Shown here piece by piece: positions 51,256-59,398 of a DNA stretch of 64,000 bases. The notes beneath the pieces were generated by a model. The model saw nothing but the letters and a program-made list of their open reading frames with translations, did not search any database and had not been told where the DNA came from. The DNA comes from an uncultured Gemmatimonadaceae bacterium (GTDB lineage: Bacteria; Gemmatimonadota; Gemmatimonadetes; Gemmatimonadales; Gemmatimonadaceae): contig CAWBOC010000008.1 in the NCBI GenBank assembly GCA_963790305.1, positions 32,001-96,000 on the forward strand, in the 5' to 3' direction. Each line of letters opens with the position of its first letter. Positions within the stretch are counted from its first letter, which is position 1. The position numbers were made by a program, and so were the translations under genes.

Positions 51256-52077
51256 GTGAGAGGAGAGTTCCTCGATCTCTCCGGCGCCCGCCTCTACTAC
51301 TACGCCGCGGGATCGCGCGGCGACGGGGATCCCGTTCTCTTCCTGCACGGGTTTCCCACGTCATCGCATCTCTGGCAGGACGTCGTCCCCCACGTGCCAC
51401 CCGGGCACCGTGTCGTCGTCGTCGATCTTCTCGGCTTCGGGCGCAGTGATTTTCCGCGCAGCCGGGACGTCAGCATCCGCGGGCACGCGGAGCGAGTTCT
51501 GCAGATGCTCGACGCGCTGCGCATCGAGCGCGCGGCCATCGTCGGTCATGACGTGGGAGGTGGGATCGCACAGTATCTCGCGATCCGCCATCCGACGCGG
51601 GTCACCCGGCTCGCGCTCATCGATTCGGTGGCGTTCGATGATTGGCTCACGCGCGACGTGAAGTTGGCGAAGGCCTCCTTGCCGCTCACGCGTTATTTGC
51701 CGGCGACGTGGATTCTTTCCGTCGTTCAGCGGGATTTGCTGCGCGGCTACACCGAGCACGAGCGCGGCCACATGTCGGTCGAGAAGTATCTGCGCCCCTT
51801 CGCGACGCCCGATGGCCGTGACGCATTCGTGGAGCACCTGCTGGCGCTCGACGTCAGTGAGACTGCCGCGCTTGCTCCGCGGTTAAGCAGTGTGGTCGCA
51901 CCGACCGCGATCATCTGGGGCGCGCACGATCCCTTCCTGCCCACCGAGCTCGGCCGGCGCCTACAGGCGGCGATACCGCACGCCACGCTGGATGTGCTGC
52001 CCGACGTCAGGCATTTCGCGCCGGAAGAAGCGCCGGAAACAGTCGGTCGTGTGCTCGCTGGCTGGCTTGCCCGATAA
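51256..52077 (+). CDS. Alpha/beta hydrolase (epoxide hydrolase/dehalogenase-like)
   Basis: HGFP, DLLGFGRSD, Asp nucleophile GHDVGG, WG..D, HF.PEE.P. Confidence 0.9.
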   Translation: MRGEFLDLSGARLYYYAAGSRGDGDPVLFLHGFPTSSHLWQDVVPHVPPGHRVVVVDLLGFGRSDFPRSRDVSIRGHAERVLQMLDALRIERAAIVGHDVGGGIAQYLAIRHPTRVTRLALIDSVAFDDWLTRDVKLAKASLPLTRYLPATWILSVVQRDLLRGYTEHERGHMSVEKYLRPFATPDGRDAFVEHLLALDVSETAALAPRLSSVVAPTAIIWGAHDPFLPTELGRRLQAAIPHATLDVLPDVRHFAPEEAPETVGRVLAGWLAR

Positions 52078-52095
52078 ACGACCTCTCTCCTGACC

Positions 52096-52407
52096 ATGCC
52101 TTCAAAACTCGAGACGTTTCGTGCCATGGTGGCGAAGGACCCTGCCAACGCCCTCGCGCACTTCGGGCTCGCCAACGAGGCGATGAAGGAGGGATTCTGG
52201 GAGGAGGCGCGAGAGCATTACGAGCGCTATCTCGCGGGCCACGACGACGAGGGCAACGCCTACGGTCGGCTTGCCGAGGCGTACGAGCGGCTCGGGCGGA
52301 ACGACGAGGCGCGGGCAATGCTGTACAAGGGCATCGACGCGGCGAAGCGGTTCGGGCACCCGGGGATGGCGGAGGAGCTCGAGATGAGGTTGGACGAACT
52401 CGCTTAG
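52096..52407 (+). CDS. Small TPR protein
   Basis: DP.N.LA.FGLA.E, AY..LA..YE.LG...EA...Y..GI. Confidence 0.8.
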   Translation: MPSKLETFRAMVAKDPANALAHFGLANEAMKEGFWEEAREHYERYLAGHDDEGNAYGRLAEAYERLGRNDEARAMLYKGIDAAKRFGHPGMAEELEMRLDELA

Positions 52408-52410
52408 GCA

Positions 52411-52533
52411 CGAGCCGGAACTGCATCACCACAGAGACACAGAGAGGCACGGAGAAACAGCCAACTGCAAAGGCTTTTGCAGTTGGCTGTTCTCCGTGTC
52501 CTCTGTGCCTCTGTGGTGATGCAGTCGGGCTCG
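52411..52533. repeat. Inverted 9-nt repeat hairpin, family C copy 3
   Basis: CGAGCCGGAACTGCATCACCACAGAG...CTCTGTGGTGATGCAGTCGGGCTCG; inner CAGCCAACTGCAAA/TTTGCAGTTGGCTG. Confidence 0.9.
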
Positions 52534-52542
52534 TTGGGACCA

Positions 52543-53179
52543 TCAACGCCGCTCGAGCAGCGCCAACCGCACCCCCAGCCCAATGAACAAAACGCCAGTC
52601 ACGCGCCTCAACAGGGGCGACTCGCCGAAGCGGCTCCGCGACCAGGCGCCGGCACGGCTCGCCAGTACCGCCACCAGAATGTTGACCAGCGTTCCCGACG
52701 TATTGAACAGCAGCCCTAACGAGAATGATCTGGAGCGCCACGGGACCGCGCTCGGGATCGACGAACTGCGGCAGGAACGCCAGGAAGAAGAGCGCGACCT
52801 TGGGATTGAGCACGTTCGTCAGCATTCCCTGGCCGAACACCGCGCGCATGGAGGCTGGCGTCACCGCCACCTGATCAGCCGGTCCCGCCCGACTTCGCAG
52901 CGCACGGATCCCAAGCCAGATGAGATAGGCGGCGCCGACCCACTTCACGATCTCGAAGGCGATCGGCACGGCGCGCAGCAGACCGGCGAGGCCAAGCGCA
53001 ACCGCCAGCGTGTGCACGAGGCTGCCCGCGGCGATGCCGAGCGAGGAGATGACGCCGGCCGCACGCCCCTCGCCGACGCTGCGCGCGACGACGTAGAGCA
53101 TGTCGGGACCGGGCGTGACGTTGAGGGCGAGCGCCGCCGTCATGAACAGCAGCAGGGTATTCGTGTCCGGAAGGCTCAT
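52543..53179 (-). CDS. LysE/RhtB family amino-acid exporter; frameshift near 52722
   Basis: TPGPD, GAAYL.WLG, NPK..LFF.AFLPQF; shifted frame ends LGVRLALLERR-TGA at 52543. Confidence 0.9.
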
Positions 53180-53186
53180 GCGCCGC

Positions 53187-54570
53187 TCACTCCGAGATGA
53201 CCTTCACGTCGCCGAGGTCGCTTTCGCGCACCGCCGAGTCGTGGCCGAGCACCGTGCGCACGAAGTCGTTCCACCACAACGCCTGCGGCTCGCGATCGCG
53301 ATAGCGATCGAGCTCGGCCCAGGTGCGCTCGTGGATCGCCTTCGTCCGCTCGATCGCATCCGACGGCTCGATCCCTTCGCGCCGCACCCAGCGACGCCCG
53401 ATGTGCGCGTGAAGCACCTCGTCAGCCCAATCGTAATCGTGAAAGTGCGCCGACAGCGCGTCGCCTGACGACTCCGCCGTCTCTTTCTCGAACCGCTTGC
53501 CCGTGTCGGCGGGCATGAGGCTCTGCTCGATACCGTAGAGCATCGTCTGTCGCTCGAGCGGCGTGGCGTGGAGGTTGAGCCGCAGCGCGAAGCTGACGTT
53601 GAGGGGGATGCGCGACCAGTCGATGCCGCGCGCCTCGAACGCGACCGTCCCCATCATCGCGTGACGCGCCTCGTCCCACAGCTGGCGTGAGTAGTCGACG
53701 TAGAACTCCCACGGCTGGTCGGCTCGCTCGACGACGAAGGACGCCATCATCTCCGGCACGTCCATCTCCGAGTGTCCGCTTGCAGAGGAGCGCGAGGTTG
53801 CGCTCATCGGCGGGCACGCCCGGCATGTTGTAGACGAGATGCGGTGGGAAGTTGAAGTTGTACTGCCCGCGGAAACGACCATCGCGCCGTGGATGCATGT
53901 CCGGTGTGAATGGCTCTCGACTACGCGCAGGGGGAAGCGAGGTGCTCGTCGCATCGGTCGCGTCGCCGGCGATGCCGCCAGCCGCATCGAGAAACGCGCG
54001 CAGGTGACTCATCCACGTCTCGGCACGACGACGGGCCTCGGCGTCGCGAGCGCACGCGTCGAGCGCGTGCGCGCCCCAGGCGATCATCTCACCCTCGTCG
54101 GACAGCGCCTGCTTCAGAAGACGAACCGTCGGATGATCGACCAGCGGATTGGTCCGGTCGATGTGCGTGCGGTAGGCAGTCGCCAACGCCGGGTGAGCGA
54201 CGCCGTAGAGTCCCGCGAGCAGCTCGACCGTGTCGCGGGCACGGAGCAGCTCCTCGAGAAATGCATCGAGTGCCGCATCCGGTGCCGCATCCAGACGCGG
54301 TGCGGGATTGCGCATCTCGGTGATGCGCGCCCGAAAGGCGTTGGCATGGCCGACGTCGAGCCACTGATGGAGTGCGAGGCCGCACTTCACCTCCCACTCG
54401 GGCGCGGCGGGGAGGTGTGACACCGCGATCAGCATCAGACGTCGCTCGGCCCAGTGATAGCGAACGAGGCGCCTGACATTCTCCTCGACCGGAAAGCCGA
54501 CGCGCGCCGCGCCAGCGTACGACGCGATGCCGGCCAGCGGGGGGATACCTAACGACGGGATGGCGCTCAC
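53187..54570 (-). CDS. Tandem ferritin-like (DUF455-like) protein; frameshift near 53770
   Basis: C-terminal half has E..., WDEARH, E..., ADEVLH di-metal ligand pattern; N-terminal half is helical and degenerate. Confidence 0.7.
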
Positions 54571-54583
54571 GGGACCTCCGGAC

Positions 54584-55303
54584 TCAGGGGTCGAACACCG
54601 ACCCCACGATGCGAAATGCCGGGAGCACGACGGCGTCCCAGTCGATATCGAGGATCTGTGTCGAGCGCTCGACGGTGGCGTCGGCCAGTATCGCGCTGCG
54701 CCCGGTCGTGCAGGTGAAGTCATCGGTGTCGGCGACCCCGGGGCACGCACCGCCGAACGCGCTGCCGCTCACGCTGGCGGTCGCCGTCGTCGCCACGTAC
54801 GGGTCCGGGACAGGCGCACCGGTCGAGAAGTCGATCCATCTGCCTTCGCTGGTACCGCTGGTGCCCGGAAGGTCTCCGTCCTCGACCCCTCCCGAGAAGA
54901 GCAACACGAGGACACGCTGAGCGCGGAGCTGGACGACATCGAGTCCTTCCCAGGCGAGCAGGAGATGGATGCGCGCCGGCCCTTCGTCCACTCGCAGGGT
55001 CATGCCGCGCATGTCGAGGTTGGCGACTGATCCGCCGCGAGGCTGTACGCGCACCGTCATGCGGCCCTGTTGGCCTTGGCGAGATACCAGCCCGCCGCCG
55101 ATCCGAATCCAGTCGGCGAGGAGCTGGTCGGCGGGACGGCGTGTACTGTCGAGCGCTCGCGCCGCCTTCTCGAGCGCCGATCCGATTGCGACCTGCTCCT
55201 CCACCGTCATGCGCTCCCCGGCGGTGATGCCGGTAGGGTCATCCTCGCCGCAGGCGACCCCAAGGAGAAGGAGGGTGAGCGCGAAGAGCGATCGGACAGT
55301 CAT
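54584..55303 (-). CDS. Hypothetical lipoprotein
   Basis: MTVRSLFALTLLLLGVAC lipobox. Confidence 0.65.
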   Translation of the reverse strand: MTVRSLFALTLLLLGVACGEDDPTGITAGERMTVEEQVAIGSALEKAARALDSTRRPADQLLADWIRIGGGLVSRQGQQGRMTVRVQPRGGSVANLDMRGMTLRVDEGPARIHLLLAWEGLDVVQLRAQRVLVLLFSGGVEDGDLPGTSGTSEGRWIDFSTGAPVPDPYVATTATASVSGSAFGGACPGVADTDDFTCTTGRSAILADATVERSTQILDIDWDAVVLPAFRIVGSVFDP

Positions 55304-55432
55304 GTGGCGTCCTGAGATGTGAAACGCATGGGCGGGCAGGAATATCCGCCCCCACGCCAGGCGGGACAACCTGGCCCGCCGGATGCATACTGGGTGGCCA
55401 CCAGGTTTGCTGGCCAACGATCGGAGGATGAC

Positions 55433-55893
55433 ATGCGCGTGACCACCGTGCTGTGCGCGATGGGATTGATCGGTTGTGCCTCACTCGGCGGCGGTACCGG
55501 TCGGGAGTCGGTCTCCCAGACCGTGGACGTTCCGGTCGATACCGCCGTGCGGATCGCGAGAACCCAGTTGGAGCTGCACAACTACAAGGTGGGAGCGACG
55601 GGTGGCAGCACGCTCATCACCGAGCCCCGAGCGGTTCCGGGCGAGGTGCGCGACGCGGCTGCCCGCCGGGAGGCCGAATACTGGGTGGTGAGGGTCGAAG
55701 TCGGGAGCAAGACGCTTGGCGGAACCGAGATCAAGGTTCGCGGGTTCCGACTTCCAGATGGACGTCCGACGACGCCGGGGGCTCAGGTGACGATGGTTCC
55801 GGTGACGGACGACGACCAGCGACTCTTCAACGAGCTCCAGGCGATCGCGGGCTGGATTGGGGACGCTGCCCGGCGGAAGGCGGGGGGAGCTAG
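55433..55893 (+). CDS. Hypothetical lipoprotein; probable stop at 55893 if the G-run is one base longer
   Basis: GGAGGA RBS; LIGC lipobox. Confidence 0.6.
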
Positions 55894-57073
55894 CCGCCTC
55901 GGCGGGACGAAGCGCGCCAAGCGTGTAGCGACTGCCCGGGTTCCACAGCATCCAGTCGTACACGCCATTGTCGTATCCGGCCTGCATTTGCGCGCGCACA
56001 TGCTCGGCGCCGTATCGCGGGGCGCCGAGCGTGAAATCCTGGTACCACGGGATGATCCGGGCGGCGTTGGCGACGCCCGCGCTCCGTCGCTTCGCGTCAC
56101 GCAGGGCGCGGTCGATGACCTTGTAGGGCGCGGCGTTCGGCCGCTGAAGTCCGTAGTTGCCGGGGGAGTAGTGTGACGGGTACGTCATCGGCAGCACGGC
56201 GTCCACGGCATCGATGAACTTCTCCCAGAGCTGACCAATGCCCATGTCCGTCGAGTCCGACGTGGTGAGACCGAACACGTCCGCGGTGACGGGAACGCCA
56301 TACGGCCTCAGGGATCCGCGCAGGAACCGGAGCTGATCGCGAATGACCGACGCGCGGTCGCGACCGCGCGCGAGGGGAAAGGTCGCCTCGGCCACGAGGC
56401 GCTTCTCGTCGGGAAAGCGCACGTAGTCGTACTGCACTTCGCTGAAGCCCAGATCGATCGCTTCACAGGCGAGGTCGACCGCGTACTGCCACGGGCCCCG
56501 GTGGTGTGGATCGAGCCACGGATTTCTGTTCTTGTCGAGCCATGGCTCTCCGTCGGCGGCGCGCTTGATCGACCAGTCGGGCCGCTTGCGCGCAAGCACC
56601 GGATCCTTCACGACGACGATACGCGCAATGGGATAGATGCCGTGCGCGCGCATGGTGTCGAGCACGGCGCGCATGCGCTCGGCGCGCATCGGCGCGACGG
56701 TGTCGGCACCGATCTCTCGAGCGAGCGGTACACGCGATCGATAGAGCACGTAGCCGCGATCATCCTTGACATCAATGACGAGAGCGTTGACCTCGGTGCG
56801 CTTCGCCACGTCGATGAGCTCCCACATCCTCTGGCCGACCGCGGCCCATCGAAGCACGTAGAGTCCGCGCAACGGCGAAGGCGTAGGAACGAGTGGCGCT
56901 GGCGGGATGAGAATGGAGTCGGCTGTCAGGGCGGCCGACGGGCGTGCCGCGCACGCCGCGGGTGAGTAGTCAGGCTCAGGTGCGCGAGCAGTCGTCGCGC
57001 GCACGGTGTCCTGCGCGAGCAACGCGGGCTGGATTGCGGCGAGCGCGATCATCGCGACCAGAGATCTCGGCAT
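55890..57073 (-). CDS. Putative glycoside hydrolase (DUF4015-like); 3' end uncertain
   Basis: NALVIDVKDD.G, IARIV..KD, W.DP, GF.E.Q.DYVRFP, PM.YPSHY, PW.QDF, W.LWNP. Confidence 0.85.
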
Positions 57074-57149
57074 GGCGCGCAATCTAAGCTGGGGATGGAA
57101 GACACAATCTCTCGACGATTCCTCCCAACCCTGATAACCCGGCGGGCCG

Positions 57150-57963
57150 CTACGGGACGTCCTCGTGAGATCGCACCGCGGCTGATGATCCCGGGAGAAG
57201 CAGGCTATCAACGGGCACGCTCGCGGAGCGTGCCCGAGCGCGTCGTATCAGGCGCGCGAGGAAAGGACGATCGACGCGCGTGGTGTCGTAGCCGGCACTA
57301 CTGAGCACCATCAGAGCGCGCGCTGCGGTGGGTCGATCCCGGCGATAGAAATCGCAATGGACGTACAGCCGCGCGTCGTTGATCTCGACCGTGACATAGA
57401 CGACCGCAATCGGCACGGGCTCGAGGAGCTGCACGGTGGTCGTCAGCGAGGAGTCCGCTTCGATGACGTCGAGCGTGTCCTCTGACAGCTCTCCGCCGGC
57501 GAGGCGATTCACCACTCGAGCAAGCGCAAGCGCGTCGGCGTCATGCATGCGCACACAGCCGTGCGAGGCGGCCTTGCCGATCGAGCTCTCGAGAGGTGTC
57601 CCGTGGAGAAAGTACAAGCTGCCGAACTGGAGCTTCACCGGCCCCATTGGATTGGCGGTTCCGGGTGGGTGAACCTTGTCCTTCCGCGCCCAGTCACTCG
57701 CCGGTGGATACCACCAGGGGTTCCAGGTGATGTGCGTGAGGGTGAACTCTCCCGCGGGCGTCGCATACCGCGGCTCGCCAACGGCGACCGGATACGAGGC
57801 GGTGACCACTTCCCGCCTGCAGGAGATCAAGCCGAAACGCGGGAATGTTGAGGCGCAGCGTGAGGTCGGCCTGACGAGCCGAACCGGCGATCAAGTCGCC
57901 GCCGCAGAGCGCGACGCCCGCGACGAGTAGCGAGAACATTTTCTTCCACCGCGTGCTCCGCAC
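57150..57963 (-). CDS. L,D-transpeptidase (YkuD); frameshift near 57830
   Basis: LNIPAFRL, YPVAVG...Y.TP.G, NP.W.PP, NPMG, HGT...SHGCVRM. Confidence 0.9.
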
Positions 57964-58142
57964 AACGCCTCCCTCGCCGATTCAGGGAAAGTGCCCGGGC
58001 GACGGCTGACTCGCAGTCAGCACTTCCGCGAGATCTGGTCGGTGAATCCCTGATGCGGTGTTTTCCCGACAGGGCATCGGGACGCCGCCGACAGACGCGC
58101 GAGCCCAGTGGCCGCACCATAAGGGTTTCTCGGGGAGTGTGG

Positions 58143-58817
58143 ATGAGATATCGCGATCGCAGGGATGCCGGCAGACGCCTGGCGCTCGTTCTCGGCGCCT
58201 TCGAGGAACGTCTGGACGTCACGGTCCTCGGGTTGCCGCGCGGCGGAGTCCCGGTCGCCTACGAGGTAGCGCGCGCGCTGCACGTGGAGCTCGACATCGT
58301 CGCCGTTCGCAAGCTCGGGCTTCCGGGCCAGCCGGAATTCGCGATGGGCGCGATCGCGCTGGGTGGTATCGTGGTCCTCGACGAGGATCTCATCGCGATG
58401 ATGGGCGTCCCGCCGGCTGCGCTCGAGCGAGTGATCACGGTAGAGCGGGCCGAGGTCGCGCGCCGCGAGCGCTTGTACCGCGGATCCCGTCCACCGCTCG
58501 ACGTGCGGGGCCGCACTCTCATCCTCGTCGATGACGGTCTGGCGACAGGGGCGAGCGTGCAGGCTGCCGTCACCGCGCTCCGCCGTGGAAAGCCCGCGTC
58601 GATCGTGGTGGCCTCCCCCGTCGGCTCGAGGCAAGCCTGTCACGCGATCGCGGACTGTACCGACGGATGTCTGTGCCCCGAGATGCCGGAGCCGTTCTAC
58701 AGCGTCGGGTTGTGGTACGAGGACTTCAGCGACACGAGCGATGCCGGCGTGAAGGAGCTCCTCGCGCAGGCATGGGCGAATGGGAAAAGGCCCCACGCGC
58801 GAGCGGGTCATACCTGA
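58143..58817 (+). CDS. Phosphoribosyltransferase family protein (Rv0571c/Rv2030c N-terminal type)
   Basis: DR.DAG..LA, LPRGGVPVA, RKLG.P..PE.AMGAI, VDDGLATG, VG.WY.DF. Confidence 0.9.
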   Translation: MRYRDRRDAGRRLALVLGAFEERLDVTVLGLPRGGVPVAYEVARALHVELDIVAVRKLGLPGQPEFAMGAIALGGIVVLDEDLIAMMGVPPAALERVITVERAEVARRERLYRGSRPPLDVRGRTLILVDDGLATGASVQAAVTALRRGKPASIVVASPVGSRQACHAIADCTDGCLCPEMPEPFYSVGLWYEDFSDTSDAGVKELLAQAWANGKRPHARAGHT

Positions 58818-58893
58818 CAGACGAGGGCGCGAGTCCATCGCAGGTTGCCGCGAGGTTCTGAACTACTGCTCGAGCCCTGACCATGGAGGAGGC

Positions 58894-59325
58894 ATGCTCG
58901 CGTTCACGGAGCTGCATGAAGTCCAGCGCCGGTTGCAAAGCCGGAAGGTGCTCTCGGTGTTCGTCGACACCTCCGGCCCGGCGGACGGCCCGTCGTGGCG
59001 AGCAAAGCTCGACCGCGCCTTGGCCCGCCTGGACGGGAGCCCACCGCAGTTGCCGAGTGGAGAGCGCACCGCGCGCGAGCTGTGCGTGGCGCACCTTCGG
59101 ACGGCCCTCGAAAATCTTCGGGGCACTCCCGGAGAGCCGGGATGGGTGGCCTACGTGACGACGGACGACGTCGTCGCTGCCTGGCCGCTCTACACTCCTG
59201 TCGAGACCGCCGTGTTCTGGCGGACCGGAATCGTGACGGCGCAGCCGCCGTCGCAGCGACGCTTCGCCCTGCAGCGGTCGACGGTGGCACGCCCGCTCAT
59301 GCGGAATCACGCCTCGCCAGCCTGA
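58894..59325 (+). CDS. Hypothetical protein, possibly the N-terminal part of a bacterial archaeo-eukaryotic release-factor (baeRF)-like protein
   Basis: [17 protein letters not shown] strand, helical hairpin, G...GW.AY.T; family resemblance is from memory only. Confidence 0.45.
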   Translation: MLAFTELHEVQRRLQSRKVLSVFVDTSGPADGPSWRAKLDRALARLDGSPPQLPSGERTARELCVAHLRTALENLRGTPGEPGWVAYVTTDDVVAAWPLYTPVETAVFWRTGIVTAQPPSQRRFALQRSTVARPLMRNHASPA

Positions 59326-59398
59326 GCACCTCCCATTGCGCTCTCGTTCGGGACCGAGGCGGTAGCTAGCTTCGGTAGCGGACCGAGGGCGCAACGGC

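Noticed and set aside
14545..52533. CRISPR array
   Set aside because: Repeats are 7-9-nt tandem units in inverted arrangement, without unique spacers between 23-47-nt direct repeats; no cas genes.
55394..55411. Sigma54 promoter (TGGCCACCAGGTTTGCT)
   Set aside because: GG-to-GC spacing is 11 nt, not the required 10.
55481..56176. Long convergent overlap between the lipoprotein and the DUF4015-like gene
   Set aside because: Both frames are one base off TAG stops at the shared CTAG (55890-55893), next to a G-run; indel error is more plausible.
1259..57963. About 20 frameshifted genes as pseudogenes or programmed frameshifts
   Set aside because: Single-base indels are scattered across unrelated genes with intact motifs, often near homopolymers or GC runs, and there is no consistent slippery site; uncorrected long-read error is more likely.
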